Shown one piece after another: positions 37,703 to 46,960 of a DNA stretch of 64,000 nt. The position numbers and the translations under genes were made by a program. The notes below the pieces were generated by a model that was not told the DNA's origin, searched no databases, and was given only the letters and a program-made list of their open reading frames with translations. Source of the stretch: Clostridia bacterium (lineage in GTDB: Bacteria; Bacillota; Clostridia; Oscillospirales; CAG-382). Numbering within the stretch: position 1 is the stretch's first letter; each line of letters begins with the position of its first letter. The stretch spans positions 291-64,290 of the forward strand of contig JAFQHW010000041.1 of assembly GCA_017397805.1 (NCBI GenBank), written 5' to 3'.

Positions 37703-38764
37703 TTAATCATTATTCGCTTTAAAAACCGAAACTACGTAGTATCCGCAATTAGTACCGGAAATCGAATAATTCCAATCAGAGCTATCTGACGGAACGGGAA
37801 TTTGCGTGTTTGCACCCTCGTCTGCCTTAATGGCATAGATCTCATAATCCTTGCCGTTCGCATCCTTTATCTTTGCTCTGTTGTTCTCATCCGTTCTTTC
37901 GATCAAATAGTCCAAATAATCCTCAAGCACCCATTGATTCACGTGAATATACGCCGAATGCGGTATGCCCACGTATCTAAAATGGGTACTCTCTGCAAAC
38001 GCCTGAGTTCTGTCCTCTTCCCCTTCGGGATAACGAAGAACGAACCCGTATTTCCAACAGTTATCCACAAACCACTCGTAGGTGCCCTTCCCCATCGTAC
38101 CGTTAGAAGGAGGGTAAACCACCAAATTAAAAGCAAGTCCCGTTTGGTGCTCACTTTGTCCACCGGCTTGCATGTAAGGAAGCTCGGAGCGGTCGGCGGT
38201 GGTTGCATCGGCATCGTATTCGCTTTGCTGTTCAGCAACACTGACATAAGCTTTAGAAAGCATCATCGTGCTCAGATCCACTCTTGTATCCTTATAAAAG
38301 CCATCGAGCATGCTAAACAAAGCGTCTATAGTTTCCTGCCTCAGCTCCAACGAAGTCGTGCTTAGTACAAAATTTTTGTTAGCTGCAACCTTCTTGGAAT
38401 ACACGTTAACCAAAAACTCATCAATATCCGTTTTAAATTCATGATCTTGGTTTACAAGCAACAGCTCACCTTCGCTCACTTTATCGTTGCTTACGGATAA
38501 CATTTGGAAATCAATTTTCTCGCCAACGTTTTGCGGAGTGGAGGTTACATCCGATGAGTTGTTACTCTCTTCACCATCCTCTTCGGGATCTGTAACGTCT
38601 ATTACAGGTTTGCTGTTACCCGACGAAGTTCCGTCGCGCTCACTATCGCCCGTAACGGAGAAAACAACTATAAGCGTTATCGTGAGAACAAGCACAAGCA
38701 CCGCGATTATGGCAAACTTCTCAAATTCATACATTTTATTCTTATTTTTCAAATTTGAAGACAT
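37703..38764 (-). CDS. Membrane-anchored D-alanyl-D-alanine carboxypeptidase-like protein (VanY/M15B family), Asp-to-Asn in the first zinc motif
   Basis: ORF trimmed to the ATG at 38764 (GGAGG 7 nt upstream). N-terminal TM, SEHQTGLAFN (canonical SxHxxGxAxD), YGFVLRYPEGEE...ESTHFRYVG. Confidence 0.8.
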   Translation of the reverse strand: MSSNLKNKNKMYEFEKFAIIAVLVLVLTITLIVVFSVTGDSERDGTSSGNSKPVIDVTDPEEDGEESNNSSDVTSTPQNVGEKIDFQMLSVSNDKVSEGELLLVNQDHEFKTDIDEFLVNVYSKKVAANKNFVLSTTSLELRQETIDALFSMLDGFYKDTRVDLSTMMLSKAYVSVAEQQSEYDADATTADRSELPYMQAGGQSEHQTGLAFNLVVYPPSNGTMGKGTYEWFVDNCWKYGFVLRYPEGEEDRTQAFAESTHFRYVGIPHSAYIHVNQWVLEDYLDYLIERTDENNRAKIKDANGKDYEIYAIKADEGANTQIPVPSDSSDWNYSISGTNCGYYVVSVFKANND

Positions 38765-38800
38765 ACCATACCTCCTATTTCGAAATTCCAAAATTCTATT

Positions 38801-38828
38801 GGGGCGGGCTAATATTTAAGCCCGCCCC
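38801..38828 (-). terminator. Rho-independent terminator after the PFOR gene
   Basis: Perfect 10-bp GC-rich stem GGGGCGGGCT/AGCCCGCCCC, 17 nt after the stop. Confidence 0.8.
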
Positions 38829-38844
38829 TTTATAAGCTAAATAA

Positions 38845-41800
38845 TTATTCAGCCATCTTCTTTAACTTAGCGTACTTAGCCTTTGCATTTTCTTCTGCCT
38901 TGTTGAAGAGAACCTCTGCTCTTTCAGGGAAAGCTCTGCCAAGTGTGCTGTAACGGTTTTCACCCTTGATAAATTCTTGATAATCGCTTGTAGGCTCCTT
39001 AGAATCAAGAACGAAGGGGTTAGCGCCTTCTGCGGTACGACGAGGATCGTAACGGAAGGTATGCCAGTAACCTGCCTCAACAGCCTTCTTCATTTCTAAC
39101 TGAGAATTCTGCATACCGCCCTTAAGACCGTGCATTTCGCAAGGAGCGTAACCGATTATAAGGGAAGGACCGGGATAAGACTCAGCCTCAGTGAGAGCCT
39201 TGAGAGTTTGGTTCATATCAGAACCCATTGCGATCTGTGCAACGTATACGTAACCGTAGGACATAGCAATCTGAGCAAGATCCTTCTTGCCGATTGCCTT
39301 ACCAGCAGCTGCAAACTGTGCAACCTGACCGATGTTGGAAGCCTTGGAAGCCTGACCGCCGGTGTTGGAGTAAACCTCGGTATCAAATACCATAATGTTT
39401 ACGTCTTCGCCGGAAGCGATAACGTGGTCAAGACCGCCGAAGCCTATATCATAAGCCCAACCGTCGCCGCCGAATATCCATACGGACTTCTTGGAGAGAT
39501 AGTCCTTACCGGCAAGGATCTTGTCCTTAAGCTCGTTCTTGCATTCGCAAGCTTCAAGCATAGCAACCATTGCGTTGGTAGCTTCAACGTTAGCCTTACC
39601 GTCATTAACGGTATCAAGATAGTTCTTAACGATAGCCTTCTTGTCTTCGTCTTCCATCTGAGCGTAGAATTCCTTTACGTAGGAGATAAGTCTGTCACGG
39701 ATAGTCTTCTGACCGATAGCCATACCAAGACCGTGTTCAGCGTTATCTTCAAACAAGGAGTTAGCCCATGCAGGACCGCGGCCGCTTTCCTTATTTACGG
39801 TATAAGGAGTTGCGGGTGCGGAACCGCCCCAAATGGAGGAACAGCCCGTTGCGTTGGAGATATACATTCTCTCACCGAACAACTGGGTTATAAGGCGTGC
39901 ATAAGAAGTCTCAGCACAGCCTGCGCAGGAGCCGGAGAACTCAAGCAGAGGCTGCTTGAACTGACTGCCCTTAACGGTGTTGTTAATAAGTTCAGGCTTT
40001 TCGGATACGTTTGCTACTGCATAGTCAAATACTGCCTGCTGATCAAGCTGAGAAGCCTGAGAAGTCATTTCTATAGCAAGGGCGGGTGCTGCGATTTCAG
40101 CTGCTCTCTTAACTGCCTTCTTAGCATCATCGGGGAATTCCTCAGTAGCTGCCTTCATAGCCTTATCAAGAGCGTTCTTGGATACGGGGCAAGCCTTAAC
40201 GCAGAGTGTACAACCCATACAGTCAAGAGGAGAAATAGCCATCGTGAATTTGTAATCTGTCTTAATTACGGGCTTTGCCGTATACTTAGTAGCTGCAGGA
40301 GCTGCTGCTGCTTCAGCCTCGGTAAGAGCGAAGGGACGAATAGTTGCGTGAGGGCATACGAAAGCACAGTTGTTACACTGGATACAGTTTTCAGGATGCC
40401 ATACGGGAACGGAAACTGCAACGCCTCTCTTCTCGTAAGCGGAAGAACCCTGAGGGAAGGTACCGTCTGCATGCTTAACGAATGCGGATACGGGAAGCGC
40501 ATCGCCTCTCATAGCGCCTACAGGCTTAGCTATGTTGTTAACAAAGCTTACAAGGTCAGATCTCGTGCCTGTAGCGGGAGCCTTAGGTGCATCGTCTGCA
40601 CAGTTTGCCCACTCAGCGGGAACGTCAATCTTAACGTAAGCATCACTGCCTGCCTCAATTGCGTTGTAGTTAAGGTCAACGATAGCCTGACCCTTCTTGA
40701 TGTAAGACTTGTAAGCCATCTTCTTCATGTACTCGATAGCGTCTTCCTTGGGAAGAATGCCTGCGAGGGAAAAGAATGCAGACTGAAGAACGGTGTTCTT
40801 AACCTTTGCATTGCCTATTCTCTTGATAGCAATACCGGTACCGTCTATTACGTAAAAGTTGATGTTATTCTTTGCGATATACTGCTTAACAGCCGCGGGG
40901 AGCTTGCTGTCAAGTTCTTCTGCCGTCCAAGCGCAGTCAAGGAGGAAAGTGCCGCCGGGCTTAACGTCTTGAACTATATCATACTGATGCAAATAAGCGT
41001 TGTTATGACAAGCAACGAAATTTGCCTTATTTACATAATAAGGAGACTTGATGGGCTTATCACCGAAACGAAGGTGAGATATGGTAAGGCCGCTGGTCTT
41101 CTTAGAGTCGTACTGGAAGTATGCCTGGATATACTTATCGGTATGGTCACCGATGATCTTGATGGAATTCTTGTTAGCACCAACGGTACCGTCGCCGCCA
41201 AGACCCCAGAACTTGCAGGAGATAGTACCTTCTGCGCTGGTATCGGGAGCGGGCTTCTCTTCAAGAGAAAGACCGGTAACGTCATCTACTATACCGATAG
41301 TAAAGCCGTTCTTAGGCTCGTCCTTTGCAAGATTGTCATAAATTGCAAAGATAGAAGAAGGAGGAGTATCCTTAGAACCGAGACCGTATCTGCCGCCAAC
41401 CACAGTAGCCTTAACGCCCTGAGTTGCAAAAGCGGTAACAACGTCAAGATAAAGGGGTTCGCCGAGGGAACCGGGTTCCTTGGTTCTGTCAAGAACAGCA
41501 ACCTTCTTAACAGTCTTGGGAAGTGCCGCAACGAGCTTGTCTGCTCTGAAGGGACGGTAAAGTCTAACTTTAATAAGACCAACCTTTTCGCCCTGTGCGT
41601 TCATATAATCGATAACTTCTTCTGCTACGTCGCAGATAGAGCCCATAGCGATAATAACTCTGTCAGCATCGGGAGCACCGTAGTAGTTAAACAACTGATA
41701 ATCGGTACCGATCTTTGCGTTAACCTGCTTCATGTAATCTTCAACTATGTCGGGAATTGCATCGTAGTAGGTGTTGCAAGCTTCACGGTGCTGGAAGAAT

Positions 41801-42492
41801 ATATCACCGTTCTCAGCGGAACCGCGAAGTACGGGATGTTCGGGATTAATAGCGCGAGCGCGGAATTCCTCAACAGCCTTATAATCGATCATGTCTGCCA
41901 AATCTTTATAATCCCATGCTTCAATCTTCTGAATCTCGTGAGAAGTACGGAAACCGTCGAAGAAATTAAGGAAAGGAACTCTACCCTTAATGGTAGAAAG
42001 GTGAGCAACCGCACCTAAGTCCATAATCTCCTGAGGATTGGACTCAGCGAGCATAGCAAAGCCTGTCTGACGGCAAGCATATACGTCGGAATGATCGCCA
42101 AAAATGTTAAGAGCGTGAGAAGCTACACAGCGAGCAGATACGTGGATAACGCAAGGAAGAAGCTCGCCTGCGATTTTATACATATTGGGTATCATCAAAA
42201 GAAGACCCTGAGAAGCAGTATAGGTAGTTGTTAAAGCGCCGGCTGCAAGAGAACCGTGAACGGCACCTGCTGCGCCTGCTTCGGACTGCATTTCAACGAT
42301 CTTAACGTTGTCGTTAAAAAGATTCTTAGCGGGTTCGCCAAAAATATTCTTGTTAGATGCAGACCATGTGTCTGTAACCTCAGCCATGGGGCTGGAAGGG
42401 GTGATGGGGTAGATGGCAGCTACCTCGGTAAACGCATAAGAGACATGCGCCGCCGCGGTATTACCATCCATAGAAATTTTCTTTCTAAGCAT
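38845..42492 (-). CDS. nifJ: Pyruvate:ferredoxin (flavodoxin) oxidoreductase, single-chain
   Basis: 1215 aa. MDGNTAAAHVSYAFTEVAAIYPITPSS, two 4Fe-4S motifs (CIQCNNCAFVCP, CMGCTLCVKACP), TPP motif GGDGWAYDIGFGGLDH. Confidence 0.97.
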   Translation of the reverse strand: MLRKKISMDGNTAAAHVSYAFTEVAAIYPITPSSPMAEVTDTWSASNKNIFGEPAKNLFNDNVKIVEMQSEAGAAGAVHGSLAAGALTTTYTASQGLLLMIPNMYKIAGELLPCVIHVSARCVASHALNIFGDHSDVYACRQTGFAMLAESNPQEIMDLGAVAHLSTIKGRVPFLNFFDGFRTSHEIQKIEAWDYKDLADMIDYKAVEEFRARAINPEHPVLRGSAENGDIFFQHREACNTYYDAIPDIVEDYMKQVNAKIGTDYQLFNYYGAPDADRVIIAMGSICDVAEEVIDYMNAQGEKVGLIKVRLYRPFRADKLVAALPKTVKKVAVLDRTKEPGSLGEPLYLDVVTAFATQGVKATVVGGRYGLGSKDTPPSSIFAIYDNLAKDEPKNGFTIGIVDDVTGLSLEEKPAPDTSAEGTISCKFWGLGGDGTVGANKNSIKIIGDHTDKYIQAYFQYDSKKTSGLTISHLRFGDKPIKSPYYVNKANFVACHNNAYLHQYDIVQDVKPGGTFLLDCAWTAEELDSKLPAAVKQYIAKNNINFYVIDGTGIAIKRIGNAKVKNTVLQSAFFSLAGILPKEDAIEYMKKMAYKSYIKKGQAIVDLNYNAIEAGSDAYVKIDVPAEWANCADDAPKAPATGTRSDLVSFVNNIAKPVGAMRGDALPVSAFVKHADGTFPQGSSAYEKRGVAVSVPVWHPENCIQCNNCAFVCPHATIRPFALTEAEAAAAPAATKYTAKPVIKTDYKFTMAISPLDCMGCTLCVKACPVSKNALDKAMKAATEEFPDDAKKAVKRAAEIAAPALAIEMTSQASQLDQQAVFDYAVANVSEKPELINNTVKGSQFKQPLLEFSGSCAGCAETSYARLITQLFGERMYISNATGCSSIWGGSAPATPYTVNKESGRGPAWANSLFEDNAEHGLGMAIGQKTIRDRLISYVKEFYAQMEDEDKKAIVKNYLDTVNDGKANVEATNAMVAMLEACECKNELKDKILAGKDYLSKKSVWIFGGDGWAYDIGFGGLDHVIASGEDVNIMVFDTEVYSNTGGQASKASNIGQVAQFAAAGKAIGKKDLAQIAMSYGYVYVAQIAMGSDMNQTLKALTEAESYPGPSLIIGYAPCEMHGLKGGMQNSQLEMKKAVEAGYWHTFRYDPRRTAEGANPFVLDSKEPTSDYQEFIKGENRYSTLGRAFPERAEVLFNKAEENAKAKYAKLKKMAE

Positions 42493-42522
42493 TTTAAATA
42501 CCTCCGTATAATTTTCTTTTTT

Positions 42523-42551
42523 ATTATAGCACTAATTTAGCCAACTGTAAA
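42523..42551 (-). promoter_or_regulatory. Candidate sigma-A promoter for the PFOR gene
   Basis: Minus strand TTTACA (42551..42546), 17 nt, TATAAT (42528..42523). Confidence 0.55.
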
Positions 42552-42634
42552 TAACTATTTTCATTTTTTCTGCAATTTTCGGTAAATTTTATTTGCGTTT
42601 TGTCATTATGTTAACTTTTAGTGAGAATAAAGTA

Positions 42635-42662
42635 TTGCAATATGTAAAATTTGTGCTATAAT
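42635..42662 (+). promoter_or_regulatory. Candidate sigma-A promoter (extended -10) for yifB/comM
   Basis: TTGCAA (42635-42640), 16 nt, TGcTATAAT (42654-42662). Confidence 0.55.
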
Positions 42663-42700
42663 ATACAAGGTATAATTTTTTGTGAACGTTGGAGGTATGC

Positions 42701-44251
42701 ATGGTCAAAATTGTTTGTTCTGCGGCAGTTAACGGAATTGACGGATTTTTGGTTTCCGTCGAATGTGTTTACGCCTCTAACGTAAGAGAGAAAATGGAAA
42801 TTATAGGCTTACCCGATACCGCTATAAGAGAAGCGGAAGGAAGAGTGAGAGCTGCTGCCGCAAGCTGCAACTTACCCATTATGCACGGGTTGCTTACGGT
42901 CAATCTTGCGCCCGCCTCCCAAAAGAAAGAGGGCACGGGGTTTGACTTGCCCATTTTGCTTTCCGTTCTCGATACCGACAAATTGGGGAGCATAAATTTA
43001 GGCGGCAAATGTTTTGTGGGCGAGCTTTCGCTGACAGGCGAGATAAAGCCTGTTTGCGGCGTACTTTCCATGGCATTGGCGGCTAAGGAACTGGGGTTCA
43101 GGGAGATATTCGTACCCTACGACAATGCTGCAGAAGCATCTATCGCCCGCGGAATAAACGTTATCCCCGTAAGAAACCTTAAAGAGCTGATGAACCATTT
43201 AAAGGGAATAGAAACGATCGAGCCTAAAAAGCTCTCCATGAAAGAACTGCAAGAAATTGCCGCCCTTGATACGTTGGATTTTTGTGACGTCAAGGGACAG
43301 GACGATGCAAAATTCGCCTTGGAAATAGCGGCGGCAGGCTTCCATAACGTTCTTATGATAGGCCCTCCCGGTTCCGGTAAGAGTATGTTGGCAAAAAGAC
43401 TGCCCTCCATTATGCCGAGGATGACTCTTAACGACGCCATCGAAAGCACGAGGATACACTCGGTTGCGGGAACGTTACCAAGCAATACGCCTCTTATCAC
43501 TTCCCGCCCCTTCCGTTCGCCTCACCACACCGTATCGGCGGCAGGCTTGGCGGGCGGCGGTAAGTACCCCTTGCCCGGAGAGATCTCCTTGGCACATAAC
43601 GGTGTTCTTTTCTTGGATGAGTTTCCCGAATTTGACAAAACGACCACCGAAATACTCAGACAGCCCATGGAAGACGGAAAAGTTACGATTACGAGAGTCA
43701 GCGGCAGAGTTACGTACCCTTGTAATTTTATGTTGGTAGCCGCCATGAACCCGTGCAAATGCGGATATTACGGTCATTTGACAAAGGCGTGTATTTGTTC
43801 ACCCGCCGCAAGGCTTTCTTACATGAACAAAATATCGGGCCCTTTGCTTGACAGAATAGATATACAAATAGAAGTGCAGTCTTTGGAATTTGCAACTTTG
43901 TCTTCCGAGTCGGGTGCCGAGAAAAGCGCAGATATAAGACAACGAGTATCAGCCGCAAGAGCTTATGCGGCAAAACGCTTTGAGTTCGAAACGGTAAACG
44001 GGAAGCCACTGCTTTTCAATTCTCAAATGCAGGCAGAACACGTTAAGCGTTTCTGTATGCCTACACAAAAAGGTATAGAATTGCTAAAGAAAGCATACGA
44101 TTCATTAGGCTTGTCTGCAAGAGGCTATGATAAAATATTAAAGCTTGCCCGTACCGTTGCGGATTTTGACAACAGCGAAATGCTTACAGAAGACCACATA
44201 TTGTTAGCTATACAGCTTAGAACCTTGGATAGAAATTATTGGGGAAAATAA
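42701..44251 (+). CDS. yifB: YifB/ComM family Mg-chelatase-like AAA+ ATPase
   Basis: The ORF begins at a TTG (42689); trimmed to the ATG at 42701 (GGAGG 5 nt upstream). N-terminal Lon-protease-like domain, Walker A GPPGSGKS, C-terminal ChlI-like domain. Confidence 0.92.
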   Translation: MVKIVCSAAVNGIDGFLVSVECVYASNVREKMEIIGLPDTAIREAEGRVRAAAASCNLPIMHGLLTVNLAPASQKKEGTGFDLPILLSVLDTDKLGSINLGGKCFVGELSLTGEIKPVCGVLSMALAAKELGFREIFVPYDNAAEASIARGINVIPVRNLKELMNHLKGIETIEPKKLSMKELQEIAALDTLDFCDVKGQDDAKFALEIAAAGFHNVLMIGPPGSGKSMLAKRLPSIMPRMTLNDAIESTRIHSVAGTLPSNTPLITSRPFRSPHHTVSAAGLAGGGKYPLPGEISLAHNGVLFLDEFPEFDKTTTEILRQPMEDGKVTITRVSGRVTYPCNFMLVAAMNPCKCGYYGHLTKACICSPAARLSYMNKISGPLLDRIDIQIEVQSLEFATLSSESGAEKSADIRQRVSAARAYAAKRFEFETVNGKPLLFNSQMQAEHVKRFCMPTQKGIELLKKAYDSLGLSARGYDKILKLARTVADFDNSEMLTEDHILLAIQLRTLDRNYWGK

Positions 44252-44306
44252 AGCGTATTTTCAGCAAATTGAAATAATATGTTTACATAAAGTGCTCATT
44301 TTGATA

Positions 44307-44427
44307 TGTGGGAAATGTGGAAAAAATGCGGATAAAACCCGCAAAGCGTAGCGTTTTCGCGGTTTGTTTTGCAAATCAAGAAGAAGAAATCCACATTTTT
44401 GTGTGGGAAAGCCTGTTTTTTCCACAT
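44307..44427. repeat. Cluster of five TGTGG(G/A)AAA / CCACA 9-mers (DnaA-box-like) including a 12-bp perfect inverted repeat
   Basis: TGTGGGAAA 44307 and 44402; TGTGGAAAA 44316; AAATCCACA 44387; TTTTCCACA 44418. ATGTGGAAAAAA (44315-26) is the exact reverse complement of TTTTTTCCACAT (44416-27). Confidence 0.6.
44339..44370 (+). terminator. Rho-independent terminator after yifB
   Basis: CCGCAAAGCG-TAG-CGTTTTCGCGG (10 bp with one bulge) followed by TTTGTTTT. Confidence 0.7.
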
Positions 44428-44459
44428 TATGTTATCTGGATTATTGAGGAAATAGATTT

Positions 44460-45119
44460 ATGGATTACGAAGGCAAATACTTCCCCGACGAGGACGAAGA
44501 AGAGTTAAGCGAAAGTAGAAAGAAAAGAAAAAAAGTTATCAAATACAGCTTTTACGGCTTAGTTGCCTTGGTTTATATAGTTGCTTTCAGCGTATTGTTC
44601 AGCAACTGTGAGCCAAACAGCTACAAAGAACTTAAATTTTCCGCGGAAGCTCAGACACTTTACCGACAAAGTCCCGAAGATTTTACGGTGTATGAAATGT
44701 ATCCGTCAATTTTCATGAACTATGACGGTAGCGTGCAAATAGCGGGTGTGTTTTATTCACCTACGGCCAAGGAGTTGGAAATAGGCTTTAAGTATAACAA
44801 AAAGCTTGTTACCGACAAGGGCGAACCAAAGTTCAGCCTGATCGACACTAACGGCAACAGCTATGAAATGAGCGTCAACTCCACCGACAAAAGCGGCAGA
44901 TATTTATACGCCCGTATCTCTTATAAAGGCGTAGAATTAAACCTTAATGAAAACGTATATATAAACCCCGATTATTCCGACGAGGCAGAAGGCGAGGGTG
45001 AAGCTTACGACACTTTCAAATGCAGTTTGCTTATTGAATACTCCGACAGGGATGAGTCGGAAGAACTCGTTATCTTCAACAGCAAAACGGCTATAGAGCT
45101 TTCGAAATACGCAGATTGA
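44460..45119 (+). CDS. Hypothetical single-pass membrane protein (acidic/basic cytoplasmic head, ~150-aa external beta-rich domain)
   Basis: 219 aa. GAGGAA RBS, TM segment YGLVALVYIVAFSVLF. No recognisable motif. Confidence 0.6.
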   Translation: MDYEGKYFPDEDEEELSESRKKRKKVIKYSFYGLVALVYIVAFSVLFSNCEPNSYKELKFSAEAQTLYRQSPEDFTVYEMYPSIFMNYDGSVQIAGVFYSPTAKELEIGFKYNKKLVTDKGEPKFSLIDTNGNSYEMSVNSTDKSGRYLYARISYKGVELNLNENVYINPDYSDEAEGEGEAYDTFKCSLLIEYSDRDESEELVIFNSKTAIELSKYAD

Positions 45120-45143
45120 TTCATTTAGGAGCTGAATTCTGTT

Positions 45144-46061
45144 ATGGTATATTTTAAAAAGGCTTTAGCCAGCGTTACTGCGTTGGCGCTTACCTTTTCG
45201 ATCCATTCGGCAAACTTTTACTTCTATAATAAAAGCGATATGGATACCGCAAGCGCCGCAACCCACTCTCAAAACGTCACAAAGATCAACGACCAAACGT
45301 TGGACTATCTTTTTCCGTACGTAGAGGTGGAAAAACCTATAATACCCGATACAAGCAAACCCGATGACGAAAGCAGCGGTAGTACCGATTCTTCGGATGT
45401 GCCCGCAAACATGACCTATTCCAACGCCGAGTTTGCCGTTTTCAAGGGTACGTATCTTGAAGAAACCGCCGATGCGGGTGAAAGCTATTTTAATGACGTT
45501 TTGTTTTGCGGTGACAGCCTTACATACGCCTTGGGGTTGGACAGCCGATACCTTAAAAGCCACGACGTTGTTGCCTGGGGCGGTCTTGGTGTTTATGACT
45601 ATCTTGATTATACAAGCAACCCTTCGTATAATCAGTCAGAGGAGCTTAAATCTCCTATGGAATGGATAAGCGAATTAAATCCCTCTCTTATGTACATTAT
45701 GTTGGGAACAAACGGAATCGCCATATGGTCCAACGAAATGCATATAGAGTATTACCGCAGAATGCTTGCAAGGATTACTGCCGCGCTCCCTAATACAGAC
45801 ATCGTTTTGGTTGGCATCCCCGCTTGGGCTTCGTTCAAGAATACAGAAACCTTTAACGGACAAAAGGTTGACAACTTCAACATGATGCTTTTGGAGCTGG
45901 CTCACGAAAAAGGACTGTATTATCTGAACTTCGGCGACGTTACCAGAGATGAAACGGGCAACTTCAGGCAAGACCTTTGCGGCTCTGACGGAATCCATTG
46001 GCAGGATTCCTGCAAAAAGCTTTATTTAAACTATATAAGAACGCATAGCATAAAGAAATAA
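45144..46061 (+). CDS. Secreted/anchored SGNH (GDSL-like) hydrolase
   Basis: 305 aa. Signal/anchor LASVTALALTFSI, block I FCGDSLTY, block V GSDGIHW. Confidence 0.75.
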   Translation: MVYFKKALASVTALALTFSIHSANFYFYNKSDMDTASAATHSQNVTKINDQTLDYLFPYVEVEKPIIPDTSKPDDESSGSTDSSDVPANMTYSNAEFAVFKGTYLEETADAGESYFNDVLFCGDSLTYALGLDSRYLKSHDVVAWGGLGVYDYLDYTSNPSYNQSEELKSPMEWISELNPSLMYIMLGTNGIAIWSNEMHIEYYRRMLARITAALPNTDIVLVGIPAWASFKNTETFNGQKVDNFNMMLLELAHEKGLYYLNFGDVTRDETGNFRQDLCGSDGIHWQDSCKKLYLNYIRTHSIKK

Positions 46062-46087
46062 CGCAATAAATATCCGGAGGTTGAAAA

Positions 46088-46960
46088 GTGGAAAATATAG
46101 TAATGCCATACCGCATAAGAAAAAGAATACCTAAATTGGTAGTGTTTACCGTTATCGGTATTATCATGCTTATTCTTGCGCTTTTGTGCCTGTTTTCACC
46201 TTTTATTTCCGCTTTTGACGGTGTTTTTTCACCATTAATGCAAAAGATATATACCATCATAGGCGGCGTATGCACCCCTTTCTTTTTGTTTTTTGTATTC
46301 TTCTCTTTGTTAAATATGATTTCCCCTACCGATGCAATCGTTATAACCGAAAAGGGATTTTATGAAAGAACGATGGCTGACGGCGGCGTTGGATTTATCC
46401 CAACTAAAGCCATAGTATCTCTGAAAGTTTTCGGCAACAAAAAGAAGCAGTTTTTAGGCATAAAATTAGACGATAAATATTTAGATAAATTAGGCAAAAC
46501 AAAAGCGGCAAAAAGAGAGCTTAAAAGCAACGTTGAATCCGGAATGCCCGCTATAATAATAAGAGATTGCGATATAAGCATTTCAATAAAAGAGCTTTTA
46601 GACGTGATGCTAAAGTTCTTCGGATCACAAGAAAACGCAGAAGCAGACATCCCTTCATCCGAAGAACTTTCAACTGCAGATAACATCGATCAGGCCGAAG
46701 ATAAAGAAAGCGAAGAAGCAATTTCCGAGTCTTATGAAGACATAGCAAATATATATATAGCCGTAGGAGACGAAGATAAAAAACACGATAATAACACGGC
46801 TGCGGGAGCTTTAAATGACGGAGAACCCTCGGCTGACGATTCGCCGGAAAGCATTTCCATACAGGCTTCCAAAAAGCCGCAACTAACAAGCATTGATGAA
46901 TTCTTGTCCCATATTTTGCAAATACCCAAGTCTGACGATGCTCCCGGGGACGGTAAATGA
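46088..46960 (+). CDS. Hypothetical membrane protein: 2 TM + PH-like (bPH/STM3941-like) domain + acidic disordered tail
   Basis: 290 aa. GTG start with GGAGG 7 nt upstream, two hydrophobic helices, D/E/S-rich C-terminal ~110 aa. Confidence 0.6.
   Translation: MENIVMPYRIRKRIPKLVVFTVIGIIMLILALLCLFSPFISAFDGVFSPLMQKIYTIIGGVCTPFFLFFVFFSLLNMISPTDAIVITEKGFYERTMADGGVGFIPTKAIVSLKVFGNKKKQFLGIKLDDKYLDKLGKTKAAKRELKSNVESGMPAIIIRDCDISISIKELLDVMLKFFGSQENAEADIPSSEELSTADNIDQAEDKESEEAISESYEDIANIYIAVGDEDKKHDNNTAAGALNDGEPSADDSPESISIQASKKPQLTSIDEFLSHILQIPKSDDAPGDGK

Noticed and set aside
39130-42018. A 962-aa ORF on the + strand antisense to the PFOR gene. Similar long antisense ORFs occur at 34547..36253 (568 aa), 53698..55539 (613 aa), 2258..3337 (359 aa), 52632..53687 (351 aa), 12898..13725 and 10501..11145.
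   Set aside because: - Each lies entirely inside a gene whose sense-strand product is an unmistakable conserved protein.
- The antisense translations are low-complexity (rich in C, V, L, S, N, G).
- They have no RBS and no recognisable motifs.
- Long stop-free antisense frames are an expected by-product of codon bias in highly expressed genes.
42493-44459. A replication origin (oriC), suggested by the minus-to-plus strand switch at ~42.6 kb together with the DnaA-box-like cluster at 44.3 kb.
   Set aside because: - No dnaA, dnaN or rpmH is nearby.
- The boxes are degenerate (1-2 mismatches), and there are only five.
- No obvious AT-rich 13-mer-type unwinding repeats are present.
- Gene orientation flips back to the minus strand at 50.8 kb, so the plus-strand block is only an 8-kb island.
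44308-44508. A 66-aa GTG-initiated ORF spanning the yifB terminator and the TGTGGAAAA repeat cluster.
   Set aside because: - It runs straight through a terminator hairpin.
- It has no RBS.
- It overlaps the start of the next gene out of frame.
- The sequence is better explained as regulatory or non-coding DNA.
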